From the NCBI GenBank assembly GCA_964016885.1, contig OZ024743.1, positions 152,210,001 through 152,274,000 of the forward strand: 64,000 nucleotides of DNA, in the 5' to 3' direction. The notes below the pieces were generated by a model, which ran no database searches, was not told the origin of the DNA, and saw only the letters and a list, made by a program, of their open reading frames with translations. Made by a program: the position numbers and the translations under genes. Source of the DNA: Eledone cirrhosa (lineage: Eukaryota). Shown here piece by piece: positions 1 to 14,147 of the stretch; the first letter of the stretch is position 1; each line of letters opens with the position of its first letter.

Positions 1-194
1 ATATACTTTGAGTCATCTATACAGCAAGTTATTATTATTATTATTTATTACTATCATTACATGCTGTACTCCACAGCAGGCAACATTTTCAGTAACACCT
101 CAGTTTTTCTATGAGAAGTTGCTAGCCTCTTACCCAAACGTTATTTCTAAAGAAAGGGATGTTGTATGTGATCTCTCCTTCACAAAAACCAGTT

Positions 195-195
<1 letters not shown>

Positions 196-231
<36 letters not shown>
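196..231. repeat. (GA)n microsatellite
   Basis: Seen directly; explains the ERER tail of ORF 8..238. Confidence 0.95.
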
Positions 232-234
<3 letters not shown>

Positions 235-1544
235 TTGATCCCAGTAGTTTACTGGTTCTTTATTCATCAACACTGAAAGTATGAAAGGCAGTGTTGATCA
301 GTAAACTATATTTCAATGCTTTCAGCAATTAATTTATTTTCTGTAATATTAACCACATATCTAACACCAAACACTTTCCACTACCATAACTAATTTACAA
401 ATTGATTATCTATATTCTTCTGAGAAAGAACATTGCAAGTGCTATGATTTGCTTTGAAGTAAATAGTAAACAAAATATCATTAATTATCTTATACATTAT
501 ATGTTAATTATTCATACAAAACAAAATTACACTATTTTGAAATAAACACACTAAAAATTATTCAAATAGATCTTTGAGAATCAGAATTCTGTGTGTATCC
601 AGTTTAGAGCATCTAAAAGAGCATATGGCTGTTAAACATTACCTTGAAAAGGACCCCTTGATGAGTATGAAACCTATCATAGGAGCTGTGAGGGAAACTT
701 CTCCTTTAACATGGAAAATGGCCTTAAAACCTTACTGGTGTTGTATTCTTCAGAATTAGAAAACTCAATTCATCTGATGCTAAATAAATCTTTAAAAAAC
801 CTTATTGCAAAATCTGATAAAGCAACTTAGTATCATTTATGGTAGATTTGAAGTTAATCAATATCAATTCATGCTTCAACTTGTGGTTATTTACAAAATA
901 AGACTTCAGTAAATATTAGGTTATCATTTTGACATCAACAAACATTCAACTAATTAGATCTAGTATTAAACATGTGATAATGTTCCTTACTAGTGACCTT
1001 CACTGGAAATTAACTTTGGATAGAAAGTGCAATTGTCTCATCTCTTGAGAAATTTCTAATAATGCCAATCACATCTAATGGCAATTAATTCACTAACTTG
1101 TCAATATTTCATAGCTTCATATAACAGAGTGCTTTTCCCCAACAAGCCAACAAAATAGTTCTATGAACAAGCGAAGGAACTTCTACTCAGCTAACAATAA
1201 AGTATTTAATGGGAGCTTCTATGTGGTTGCTCAGCCTGCTAAAATTAATCAACAAATCTCTCTCAAATTACACCATATCTTAGAAAAAGAAATTGTATGA
1301 TGTATTTCTGGATATAAAAAAAAAAAAATAGGATGTTCATGGTCTGCTCAGTAAGGGCTGAACAGGAGCTGACCAACACTAACCATTTGTGCACAAATTT
1401 TTCTTGGATTTGCTTTTTTCAGGAAATTCATCGTAACCAATGAGTTCCCTTCACCATCTAAATTTTCAAAACTCAAATGAAATTGCATTAACTTCCTTCA
1501 ATTATCTCCCTGTGAAACAGAACTGAAAAGTTCTCAAAAAACAT

Positions 1545-1845
1545 GGATGGATGTGGTGAGAGCAGACCTCAGATCGCTGAAACTCACTGAGGAGATGACG
1601 AAGGTCCGTGACAAATGGAGAGATGCTGTGCTGAATAGGAGCCGTCCAACCCTTGCAAGCAGAGAAAAGCGGACATAAAATGATGATGATGATGATATAT
1701 ATATATATATATATATATATAATCATCATCATCATTTTATGTCCACTTTTCCCTTCTTCCAAGGGTGGGACGCGTCCTATTCAGCACAGCATCTCTCCAT
1801 TTGTCACAGTCCTTTATCTGAGGTCAGCTCTCACCACCTCCGCCT
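1545..1845. mobile_element. Two tail-to-tail RTE LINE 3' ends separated by (TA)n
   Basis: 1545-1695 (+) ends ...gcggacataaaa(tga)n; 1722-1845 is a diverged reverse complement. The + copy encodes the RTE ORF end (VVRADLRSLKLTEEMTKVRDKWRDAV). Confidence 0.8.
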
Positions 1846-2979
1846 GAAAAGTTCATAGGCTGACTAAGATACTCTCATGTAATGACCAAATGAGGTTTAT
1901 ATTTTAAAACATAGTCCTTGCAAAAAAACAATGCAGTTATCAATAAAAAGAGTTGAAATTAATGTATACAAGATTTCACAGCTCTAGCATCCATCCTTCA
2001 TAATCAGCCTATAAACTTTTCAGTCAACCCTCATGTATAACCAGTTGTTGGCATTTTAGAAGGAACTAAAAATTAACAGCATTTAAATAACCATACTAGG
2101 TTTTCTAAATTAAACAATTTAAGGACAGTAGCTACAAATACAATTTAACAATAATAGCTTTCTAAATCTGTATTTAATCAACAAAAGAAATGTAAGACAC
2201 GATTAACCTATTAAAAACACCAACTGTTTGGCAAACAGCAAATTGAAGTTCAATATATTCTTTCCGAGACATTAACTTACGCAACAATAACTACATTTGA
2301 CTCTAAGTCAGACAACATTGTATTAATCAATGACTACAGAAGTTGAAATCTTAATGTTGTTCCTTTTCTTACAGCAATAAATATTTATGAAGTAATGCAA
2401 ATAAACTACATCCAAATATATAACAATAACCATGTTATATCAGAAGAAGGTAACCTAATAAACAATATACAAGAAAGCTGTTCAGTATATCATTATGTGA
2501 CAACATTGTGACTATAAAATATTAAAACAATATTCATTACTTTATGTTAGAATGTGATAAATAAGACCAACAGGTTATATTTGGCTCCAAGCCAGTACAA
2601 GAAATAAAGAGCATGTACATACATTTGGAAAAGTTCTTTCAGTAGGAGAGTACAAAGAATGTGCGTAGTTAGTGCAGCTATTACTATATGACTAACATAC
2701 TGTTTCTTTCAAAATATCGTTGTTATTCTGCTTATAGGTAAGAAATCATTAAAAAAATCTAAAAGATTAGTATCAAGGTCATAATGAAACTGCTTCATCA
2801 CAGTAAACATTTTCATATAGATTTAGTTATAAATTCAGCACTGTACTTTTATACAATTATTTGTAATAAAAAAAATAAACTGTAATAAAAAAAATAAACA
2901 ACAGATGGCCAATAATTTTTAATGAAGTCTAAAATCTTATCAATCTAAGAAATTACTGACATCATTAATTATCAATGGT

Positions 2980-3185
2980 AGTTGATTAGTAGTATTGGTA
3001 GAGAGTCGGACAAAATACTTTGCGTTATATAGTGATAACTTTCTACGTTCTGAGTTCAAAACCCACCAGGTTAATTTTGCTTTTATCCATCCATAAATTA
3101 AAGTAGCAGGGTAGGGGGGGGGGGTTTAATCGACTTTCTCCTTTACTTTAAATTGCTAGTCTTGTGCCAAATGTAGAAAAGATGA
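2980..3185 (+). mobile_element. Degenerate tRNA-derived SINE (family A)
   Basis: B-box gagttcaaa, the ttttgcttttatcc core and the cttgtgccaaatgtagaaa 3' end, as in the young copies at 30.8, 43.3 and 45.6 kb. Confidence 0.6.
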
Positions 3186-4257
3186 ATCATCAAAGCATGG
3201 TAAAGAAAAAGAGCTCAATTTGAATTCATTGTGATAGGCTTTTATTACATAAATATATTAATTTAATGGATATGCACAAATAAATAGAATAATATTGAAG
3301 ATGTGTGCACATTGAAGGTGTTTATATATGAAGGAAAGTTTTGAAAATCTTAAATATTGCTTATAATCTGATATGATTGATTAATTGAGGAAATTTAAGG
3401 ATCATTATATATGTAGATTCAAGTCCTTATCAAATAATTACTCGCACATAACCTCTGATTAAGTCGATATCAAAAGTATATTTATCTTGTGATAGAGTTT
3501 TATAGGTGTAAATTAGCATGCAGAAAAATATACAACTGGCTACAAATAACCCAATGAAGTGAACATGTAAAATGTATAATATTGTGATCACTATATTGCT
3601 TGAGTGTGTTTCTCAAGAGCTTAAGGTTAATCCACAGAATATATATTTCAAGTTTAAATATATACTGTTGTGTTTTTGAATTAATTTTACTACTATAAAG
3701 TATCTTAAATAACTAACTTTAGCAACTTGGAATAGAAATTCTGCAGGCATATTATTGTAAGCAGAATCTGTAGCCTTGTGTTCCCATTAGGAGTATTAAT
3801 ACAAAAATATTAAATGCATTATTGAAACAAAGAATATTACTATCTTAAAAGCATATTTCTCTTCACTGGAAAATTTAAGCAGAGAGCTATAATAAAATAT
3901 TTCATTTTATTTTGAAAGCAGTTCTGGATACATAACTCTGCAGTGATTCTAGGTTCTTCAATTTAGCTACTAAGTGTCATATTTTCATGTTGTCAGCTGA
4001 AACTATAATAATCTTAGCTTAGGTACATGGCAATATAATATTTGAATAAGATTAACACTTTCACAAATCTGTTTTCTAGCTTTATCATTCAACGACTGAA
4101 AAATAAATTTAATTGTTGTTTCAAATTATTCCTGTTACAACAGATAAGTTAAATAAGAAGTGATTGAATACCTTTATCAAGTAGGAGTTTGAAGAAAAAT
4201 ATCAAAAGTGATAAGGAATTTTCTTTTCTCATTTGGATTTTTTTACTGGATAAATAG

Positions 4258-4912
4258 GACACTCAAAGTTGATGGAAACTATGCTGTAGGAAGATCTCGG
4301 AAGAGTTGAGATGAGGTGATAAAAGCTGACATTGCACAATTGCATCTCTCAAAAGTGATGATACAGGATGGAGATCTTTGGCATTATGCAGTAATACAGA
4401 AGACCCACCTTCCCATGCGCCTGGGTTGAAGCATACATCTAGTGTTCACCCCTTAACCCATCCTCTTTTCCACTTCCATACACCTCTCATACCCTAACAC
4501 TCCATCCACATCCTAATCACCCCACTCTTCTCCCACGCCTTTACACACTCTGTCCCAGTCCACACTGTAAAATAGCTGTTTTGGTCAAAAAGCACCCAGC
4601 CCACACAGTAAAGTGGTCATGTTGGTATCACAACAAAAATCACCCAGTCCACACTGTAAAATGGTCATTATGGTGCCACAATAAAAGGCACCCAGTCCAC
4701 ACTTTAAAGTAGTTGTGTAGGTGTCATGACAAAAAGCACCCAACACACAATGTAAATGTGGTTGGCATTAGGAAGGACATCCAGCTCTAGAAACCAAGCC
4801 AGAAACAGTTCTATATGAGCAAAACATGCCACCTGACCTGACTTGCCTCAAATGGGACAACCCGTCTAATCCATGTTACGATAGAAAATAGACAGTAAAT
4901 GATGATGATGAA
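4258..4912 (+). mobile_element. RTE LINE 3' fragment (ORF end + 3' UTR with 48-bp tandem units + GAT tail)
   Basis: Decayed GRPRKTWDEVIKADI motif, C-rich tract, units starting at 4593/4641/4689/4737, ggttggcattaggaagg domain, (gat)n tail. Confidence 0.85.
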
Positions 4913-7189
4913 GTCCCATACATAAAAAATCAGGCAACCTGATTTTAAAACATTGCCTGTGTTTTAGCACAGACATAACCACATTAGTCTCAAAAGTTAA
5001 TAATAACAATGTAAGTGTTCAGAACCAAAATACAGATGAACAAATAAATAACATGCAATATAGAAACATACAGAAATATATGTGTTTGAGAGTGAGATGA
5101 AGAGGAAGGGGGAAGGTGACAGTATACTCTATGATCATTTTGTGATACCAGACAGGTGACATAAAACTTGTTGCATTCATGAAGCTATATTTTGGCAACA
5201 CTAAGAATTACTTTCTTGAACAAATGATGTAAATATCCATCTGTTATAAGGCAACATGTCGAGTCTGTCATGGTTTGTGAAAGACTGTTTATATTGGCAT
5301 CTATTTTTTTAGTATCAAATATGTATAGAATGCCAAACTCCAAAGGGTTCCTTTTATATTTGTTTGTCTGCTAGTTGGCAATAGCAATGTCAGTAAATGT
5401 TTGATGCTGTTCTTGATAAAATCAACCACATTTCAAATTTCTCAGCAGTATATTTAAATAAAGTCAAATGACTATATAACATGATGTGTGAAATCCTACT
5501 TTGCCATGACTGTATACACAAACCAATATACAAATTATATTTCATAATAGAAGTTCATAGATCAGCATTTCAAAACAATGAGAGAATACCACATTTAGCA
5601 CATTTTTGTATATTTAACATTAGATCTGAGGTGAAAAGATTTTCACATTTACAAAAAGAATAAATATCAGATAAAATTTCCTGCCATCAAGTATGGAAAG
5701 GCAGACGTAAAATGTTGATAAATTGATGAACAAGCAATATAGGCATGACCCCAACTAAATTATAAAAATAACAACAAAAACCTGTACATTAGGGAAATCA
5801 ATTCCAGACAAAATTACACCAAAAGTTAGAAACAAAAAATGTTTATGATAAACTATTTTAAACTTAATAGCACCCACAACAGAATTTAGAATTAAAATTA
5901 GATTTTGAATTCCTGATGTGATAGGTTATGTAACTAAGCCAAATGTTATATCTTGCAAAGATATAACATTTTTAACACTAAACTAATTATTTTTTTAACA
6001 TTTTAACATATTGCTCAATATATTACTGTGTGAAAATCAACAAACCATGTTTCGAATGCTGTATTAATAAATCAAATAAAAGTCATAAAATGGTGTTGGA
6101 AGGTAGAAAGGAGGTCAAACAGAAATCATGACTGTATGAAGTAATCATAGAGATAAAACAGGCAATAATATAAATTAGTATAGCTATATGAAATGAGAGA
6201 GCACTGGAGTATTTAGTTACATAACTATGTTCTGTGTTCAAATCCCATGAGTTGAATATTTCCATCACTCACGAATTCATCAAATATTTACCATTAATAT
6301 ACTGAGATTGATTCAATCAATTATGAACCTCTCTCTTAAAAAATAACCTTACACGTAGAAAAATGTCAATATTTTATCGGAAAGGTATGGGTGAAAAGTC
6401 AATTTTAGAAATACACTAAGAAGCAAGAATTTGGCAAAGTATTTAAAACACAGAATTCCTTCTTTTTTCTTCTGGTTAGGGTTGTTTTAGAAGTTCAAAA
6501 GTGAAATGTAGAATAAAGTAAGAAAAGCAAAACAATAGTTTATAGTTTTACCTAATATTTTATACTTAGAGGTTAGAACCCCTTTTACTAAAGAAAGGAA
6601 ATGAATGTCATGAGATGGTGATTAGTGAAATATCATGAAATATAAGGTAAAAGTGCAAACTTATTTTGATTTTCTTACTTTACTTTGCTCTAGTTTTCAC
6701 TCTTATATTTCTAACTTACACTGTATAGGCTTTCCCACATTTTTACCACACATTTCACAGTGATTCCTATAGATTATTCTTCTATTTACAAAGTATTTAG
6801 AGGGGGAATGGCAGCACACATAGCCTTTATCAGTCTCATTCAAAATAGTGGGAAGAAAGAGGAAAATTATCCTCAAGACTAAGACCTTCCCCAAGAAATT
6901 GCAACTGAGTGAACTCCACTAAAGATACCCAAGGTTAGGTGATGGCACTAAACCAGACAATGAAATATTTGTTAAGACTGTTTCCTATTTGAGATTGGAC
7001 TTGGTAATAAAACTAAGTTACAAAAAATGATAATTGAACAATTTGGCCATGCTGGTAATTTTGTAAGATCTATAATAATTCAATAACATAAATCTATATT
7101 AAGTTAGGTGTATTAATATTATTAGCATGGTAGATTGGTAGACACAGTAAAGTGTCAGGCAAAATATCTTGCAGTATTTAATAACATGA

Positions 7190-7449
7190 GATGCATGCAC
7201 TGGTACGGCTATGTATAGTGCAGTGAGGGCTGGATCTTCAAAGTGATAAATGTCGATCCAGGAGGAAGTAGAGGCCCAGGAAGACCAAAAAGGACTTCAA
7301 TGGAGGATGTCCATCGGGATCAAGCTAGGCTTGGCCTGGCCCAATTGAGACCGGTGGACAGAAACACATGTAGCAGGATGTTAAGGAGCGCTGTCAGGCA
7401 GAACCCACCTCTACTTAGGGATTAATTGTGTCCTACATAATCAAAAACT

Positions 7450-7486
<37 letters not shown>

Positions 7487-7490
7487 AATG
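7190..7490 (+). mobile_element. RTE 3' fragment of a different subfamily, inserted into a decayed family-A SINE
   Basis: HWYG...GSRGPGRPKRT motif and a long (gat)n tail at 7450-7490. SINE halves flank it at about 7125-7180 and 7495-7640. Confidence 0.7.
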
Positions 7491-7899
7491 AGCTATATGT
7501 TCTAAGTTTAAATCATACTTAAACCAATTTTATCTTTCATTCTTTCAGATATGATAAATAGTATTAGGGTTGATTTTATCGATCTGTCCTCACCCCAAAT
7601 CTTGTCCATGTGCTTAAATTAGAAATTACCATTATTATAAGTCCTGTTACACTACAAAAGAGTACATTTTTGGAACTGCTTGTGTAGTATTCCTAAAAGA
7701 AATTTCCCTCAGAGCCTACATAAAGTTATACTTTGTAGGAAAAACAAATTCTTCATTTTAGTAGCAGAATATGAAGAAAAAATAACAATTTATAAGTTCC
7801 AACTGGCAATTAAATTTAGTGCAGAGCATATATTATGCTGTTTAATAGCTTTCTTTATCACCATATGATACAAATGTTTGGTTGTAAGAAATTATTATT

Positions 7900-8307
7900 A
7901 TTGGTAGGGCATCAGACAAAATACTTTACAATATCAAGTTCGGACTTTCTGCATTCTAAGTTCAAATCTTGTGATGTCAACTTTATTTTTCGTTCTTTTG
8001 GGGTTGATGAAATAAAGTACTAGTCATGTATTGGGCATGATCTAATTGACATTTCCCTCCCTACAAATTGTTGGCCTTGTGCCTAAATTAGAAATCATTA
8101 TTATTATCAGGAAGGGCGGTGGATTGGCAGAATTGGTAGAGGGTTGGACATGCTTTCCAGCATTGTTATGTCCCTTTACGATCTGAGTTCAAATCCTGCC
8201 AAGGTTAACTTTGCCTTTCATCCTTACGAGGTCGATAAAATAAAGTACCAGTAATGTACTGGGTAATTGATGGCCTTGTGCCAAAAGTAGAAACAATTAT
8301 TATTATC
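7900..8307 (+). mobile_element. Tandem pair of family-A SINEs
   Basis: Two head-to-tail copies (about 7900-8105 and 8113-8307), each with a B-box, the gtcgataaaataaagtacc core and an (att)n tail. Confidence 0.8.
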
Positions 8308-9699
8308 AGGAAACATCAACAAAATCTACTATATGGAGAAAAAAATCTATAAATTAATTACATTTGATGAATTATCAAATTAATAGTAAACATTTAGTAG
8401 TAGCTCAGTGAAGTACCCTGATTACAAAACATATTATATTACTTATGTTATAATGTCTTATGGCTTATCAAGAGAATAAGCCCCAATTAAACTCTTGCAG
8501 ATATATTAAGAAACAAATCATCCGAAGTTCCTCATATTGCTCTGTTTACATTTGTTTTCTTTTAATTCCATTTGTTCTTTTACTATTAACTCATTTAATT
8601 CACAAAATATATGGAATAATACAAATATTACAGAAAACAGAAAACAAGAAATAAACATGTTGAATCTTAGAATAACCATTTGAGCAGATATCTAATCATT
8701 AAATAATTCCATTTTCTAAACAATTTTTCTTTTATAATTAGTAAGTGAAAACACAAAACAATTCATGTTATTATAATTGGATCAGCGTAGAAAATGAGGG
8801 AGAAAAAATATGAATTATATTAAATCATTTGTACTGAAAACAACATATGTATGAGGATTAAAAATAGAGTAAACAATTTGAATCTAAGATTTGTATTTTC
8901 AATTATTTATAAATTCAAATTATTGAGGAAATTCTACAACAATTTCATAATTGCTATCAATCCTTTCTTTTCTTAGTTTCAGTGTATCCAAGAATTACCT
9001 AAAGTGTTTGAAATATTTTATGTCTTGAAGTTAATAAATTGTTGTTTTGTGTTCAGATTTACTATATATAGACATAAATCGAGAGAGAATCAACAACAGA
9101 GCATCTATATGGCAGACCTGTTAGCTCGCCCCATCTGACAGGGAGATCTCCTTTGGCGTGGGTAAGAGATGTCTTCTCTTGTGAAAATGGGTATAGCTTT
9201 CATTATGAAAAATCTCCCCATTTTGGGACACTTTTTTAATGGTACTCCTTGTTTGGGTTTTTAAAGGTTTGCAGTTCTGATACAGTCACGCAATCTGTTT
9301 AAAATAACAGCCAAACATGGATGGAATACATTCGATGGAACAACAAAATGGCTAAATAAGAAACAGTGTTAAATATTTTATATTTTTACACACTTTTTCA
9401 GTATAGAACAGAAGAACACATTGGGTAATTAGGTCCTCAATTCCCAAGAGAAAAATTAGATGATCATAGCTGGAAAAATCTGATTTGCTTTAAGTCAGTA
9501 ACATATGAGCTAAGGGAATATGAATGCTATTTTAGTAGGTCTAACAACTGCATATAGTCTCTCTCTCTCACATATATATATCACTCCCTCTTTCTCATTT
9601 ATTTTCTCTCTCCCTTGCCCTCTCCAATATATTAATGTTTCATATTGTATAATATTGGAGATGATGTTAGAGTGTTCAAGAGCAAAATATCTCATATAA

Positions 9700-10022
9700 T
9701 TGTTTCTACCATAAGCACAAGCCCAGCTTTTTCAAAGGAAAGATACATCGATTATATTGATCCAACTACTTGACTGGTGCTTTATTTTATTGTTGCTGGA
9801 ATGATGAAAGTCAAAGTTGACCACAAGGCCAACAATTTTTGGGGAGGGGAAAATCAATTAAATCTAGCCCAGTGCTTTACTGGTACTTTATTTTATTGAC
9901 TCTATAAGGATGAAAGGCAAAGCTAACTTTGGCAGGATTTGAACTCAGAACGTAAAGGATCATAACTCTATGCTGTTAAGCATATTGTCCAATGCTCTAC
10001 TGATTCTTCCACCAAATCCACC
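9700..10022 (-). mobile_element. Family-A SINE copies (partial + near full)
   Basis: Reverse complement of the actggtactttatttt...ggatgaaaggcaaag...atttgaactcagaacgtaaag motif. Confidence 0.7.
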
Positions 10023-10415
10023 AAATAATGAAATCTGTTTATCCAGCACACTAACAATTCTGCCAATCCATTTCTCTATATTTTTTATATAACCGAAGTA
10101 AACCTATGATGATGGTAGTGGCAGTTTTGGTTATGAGGTATGGTGGTGGTGGTATTCATGATAGTGGCTATGATGATGGAAATATTAGTGGCAATCAAGA
10201 ATCAATACAAAAGCACATTAAAGTATTTATTACTTAAACAGTTTATACAAGAGGAAAAAATTGTGAAATTATTTTTCCCAATCCTTTCAAAGACAAAAAG
10301 TCAAAATGAAATATACTATGAAAAATAGACTAAAATAGCAGAACTCAATGACAGAAATAATAACACTTATCACTTAGATATTATTTTACTTCAGTAAATA
10401 TTTAACTCCATGGAA

Positions 10416-10633
10416 ACACACAGACACACACACACATGTATATAAACACATATGTATATATATAAACATACATATATACATATATAAATATATACATATA
10501 TATACATACATATATAAACATATATACATATATATATGTACATATATAAACATATATAAACACACACACACACACATATATAAACATATATAAACACACA
10601 CACACACACACACACATATATAAACATATATAA

Positions 10634-10674
<41 letters not shown>
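10416..10674. repeat. Compound (CA)/(TA)/TATATAAACA microsatellite
   Basis: Seen directly. Confidence 0.9.
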
Positions 10675-10675
<1 letters not shown>

Positions 10676-11492
10676 GATGCCTGCATACGAACAGCAATGT
10701 TGCATGGCAGTGAGACCTGGGCATTGTGTGCAGAGGATATACGCAGACTAGAGAGGAACGAAGCTTGCATGCTCCGCTGGATGTGTAATAGTAATATACG
10801 TGAACGGCAAAGCATAAACGAACTAAGGAAAAAATTAGAAATAAGAGGGATCAGATGTTGTTTACTCGAGAGAAGGCTACGTTGGTATGGTCACGTGATG
10901 CGCATGAAAGTCGATAGCTGTATAACAAAGTGCAGGGCAATAAAGATAGACGGTAGCCACGGAATAAGCAGACCTAGAAAAACCTGGGACGAGCTGATAA
11001 ACTCCGACCTCACACACTTACACCTCTCCAAGACAATGTCACTGGACCGAGACCTTTGGCGGTACTCAGTAATAGAGAAGACCCGCCTTACCTAAATACA
11101 TAGTAAAACCTACTACAGCCAGTAGGCATCTCTAACAAAATACACCCCCGTCCCACCACCCCCACCCCATCCACACCACCCCCTCCTATGTAAAGTTATG
11201 TTGGTGCCACACCATCCAGGCCGAAACAAATGAGATCGTGTAGGTGTCACGACAAAAAAACACACAGTCCACACTGTAATGTGGCTGTGTAGGCAACACG
11301 GTAAAAACCTCCCAGACCCACACTGTAAATGTGGTTGGTGTTAGGAAGGGCATCCAACTGTAGAAAACCTGCCAGACAGTCCTATGCGAGCAAGACAATC
11401 ACTCTTGCCTCAAGTGGGAATACCCCCGTCCAAACCCATGCAAGCGTGGAACACGGACGTTAAACGTTGATGATGATGATGATGATGATGAT
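10673..11492 (+). mobile_element. Young 5'-truncated RTE LINE (C-terminal ORF 10697-11095 + 3' UTR)
   Basis: Near identical to 21705-22518. Motifs [19 protein letters not shown] and RPRKTW; (gat)n tail; flanked by TA repeats. Confidence 0.95.
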
Positions 11493-11619
11493 ATATAAAA
11501 ATATATATACATATATATACATATAAATACATATCAGAATCAGTTCCCGTATGAGCAAGGCATGCCCATGCTAGTGTGGAAGAACGGACATAAAACGCTG
11601 ATGATGATGACGATGATAT

Positions 11620-11945
11620 AACAGAAACACCACATGCAGTGAACACTTTGTAACATGCGGAAAGGGAAATTTCACAATTTTCCCCTTCTTAAGATATGGT
11701 CGGACAACGAACATTTCCAAAAATATAAAGAAGAATTCAAACCACTACTGAACACAAAAAAGTGATATTCCATCTTCAAGTAACGGGATTCTCCCCCTCT
11801 TTTTTCTTTAAAAAAATGTCATATAAAAACATCTCATGTTGAAAAAGAAAAATAGTTGATGACACCCATACTTTCAAACATTCGATCACTGAAGAGGAGA
11901 AAAAACCTCAGAGGTACACTAACATTTCATTAATTTCCCCTTCCC
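11620..11945 (+). mobile_element. Penelope-like element fragment (GIY-YIG C-terminus + pLTR relic)
   Basis: Translates CSEHFVTCGKGNFTIFPF...EEFKPLLN*, resembling the C-terminal end of PLE endonucleases. A decayed ctgaagag hammerhead-like core follows near 11889. Confidence 0.55.
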
Positions 11946-11949
11946 CACA

Positions 11950-12283
11950 CCAATGTATATGTGAACTTAAACACTTGAGTAGATGTGTGTACATATATGT
12001 ATGTATAGATGTGTTTTTGTATATATATGTCTGTAGGTTTACAGATATGTGTGTACATGTTCATTTGCATGTGTGCATGTATGTGTATATATGTGTGTGT
12101 GTATGTATATATGTATATATATATGTGTGTGCGTATGTATGTACATGTATGTGTGGGTGTATACATGTGTGTGTGTATATATATATATATATATACATGT
12201 GGGTGTATATGTGTGTGTGTATGTGCATATATATGCGTATGCATGCGTGTGTATGTGTGTGTATATATATGTGTGTGTGAGTA

Positions 12284-12314
<31 letters not shown>

Positions 12315-12400
12315 GTGTGTGTTGATATGTGTGTGTATGTGTGTGTGTGTATGTATGTAATATATATGGACTGTAAATATATTTACATATAGTGAAGTGA
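11950..12400. repeat. Compound (TG)/(TA) microsatellite
   Basis: Seen directly; source of six spurious ORFs. Confidence 0.9.
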
Positions 12401-13164
12401 ATATGTGAGCTAGCATGTCCCCCCACACTTCCTCTCCAAAACCAATATCAACAACACATTTTTGACAAATGTTCCAAAGCCATCCTTCGTTTCTCTTTTT
12501 ACTGTCATCCTATTCTTATCAAAAGACATGTATCTTACACCTCATTAAAACCCAGACAGGCACCTAAATTCATCTTGATACAGAAATTTGTAGAAGATAT
12601 AAATTTAAGAGAGTTGATTGAGCTATAAGAAAAGCATTTGAAAAACACCCTGCCATTATATACTATTCAAAGGTCAACTAATGAAATAAAACCAGCAGGA
12701 GGGGATGTTTACAACCACCTTCCCAAATGCCCTTATCTTGATGTCAACTTCACCATTTTCTGAGTGTATATATGTGTATGCGTGTGTGCGCGCGTGTGTG
12801 TGTGTACATGTATATATATGTGTGCATGTGTGCGTGCTTTAATTCCTCCAAATCTTCATCAACACTCATTAACACCACACCGCGCATCCCAGACACATTC
12901 AAATCTCTCTCATGTATAAAGTCACACATCTCAACACAACCTGATCTCAGTTTGACATTCGCCACTGACAAATGCGAGAAAGTTCTCCAACAAAGTTAAC
13001 CAGGAATCTTTAAAATTCTTCCCACCGAAGTTAACAAGGAACTTACTAGATCTACCAACTCATAATATTATAGTATTAAATTAAATCAAATTATTTAGCA
13101 CTACAAGTGAAGTCATTCTTTTCCTTTTTTTCAAATATACCTAACTGTACCAAGGATCTCACAC

Positions 13165-13390
13165 ATTTTCCAATACATATATATACATATAAACATATAT
13201 ATATATATATACATATAAACATATATATATATACATATAAACATATATATATATATACATATAAACATATATATATATATACATATAAACATATATATAT
13301 ATATACATATAAACATATATACATATAAACATATATACATATCTATAAACATATATATATACATATAAACATATATATATACATATAAAC

Positions 13391-13421
<31 letters not shown>

Positions 13422-13546
13422 CATATAAACATATATATATACATATATATATATATATACATATATATATATTTACATATACATATATATATACATATAT
13501 ATATATTTACATATACATATATATATATATACATATATATATATAC

Positions 13547-13579
<33 letters not shown>

Positions 13580-13618
13580 GATATACATATATATATATAT
13601 ATATATACATATATATAA

Positions 13619-13678
<60 letters not shown>
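13165..13678. repeat. Compound TATATACATATAAACA/(TA)n satellite
   Basis: Seen directly. Confidence 0.95.
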
Positions 13679-13679
<1 letters not shown>

Positions 13680-13684
13680 CATAT

Positions 13685-14065
13685 GGATGCACATGGCTTA
13701 GTGGTTAGAGCATTGGCCTTGCAATCAAAAGGTTGTGACTTCAATTCTCAGACCGAGTGATGTGTTATTTCCTTGAGCAAGACAGTTTATTTCAAATTGC
13801 TCCAGTTTACTTAGCTGTAGAAATGAGATGATAGGACTGGGGTCCCTATCATTCCACTGCAAACGTGGAGGTGCCACGGCAAAAAAGCATCCAGCCCACA
13901 CTGTAAAGTGGATGTGTAGGCGCCACAAAAAAAAAGCACCCAGCACTCACTGTAAATGAGGTTGGTGTTAGGAAGGGCATCTAGCTGTAGAAATCAAGCC
14001 AGAATCAGTTCCCGTCCCACCCTTGCAAAAGCAGGGAAAAGTGGACGTAAAATGATGATGATGAT
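13685..14065 (+). mobile_element. CORE-type tRNA SINE (family B) with RTE-derived tail
   Basis: A-box tggcttagtgg, B-box-like ttcaattc, CORE-like tccttgagcaagaca, then RTE 3' UTR units and (gat)n. Near identical to 27470-27812 and 55217-55552. Confidence 0.85.
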
Positions 14066-14147
14066 ATATAAACATATATATATATAAACATATATATATA
14101 TATAAAAACATATATTATATGTATATATATATAAACATATATATACT

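Noticed and set aside
574-830. Possible minus-strand exon ending at a caag|gtaatg donor (643)
   Set aside because: All frames from the plausible acceptors contain stops.
9057-9171. Exon-shaped segment (ttcag|...|gtaaga) with a small hairpin cctgttag/ctgacagg
   Set aside because: Stops in all three frames; no convincing ribozyme or SECIS fold could be built by eye.
11930-13694. Many 60-130 aa ORFs rich in YI/CV/HT (also at 10.4, 27.8, 29.5, 40.6, 48.6-49.2 and 55.0 kb)
   Set aside because: Translations of (TA)n/(TG)n microsatellites, which lack stop codons; not genes.
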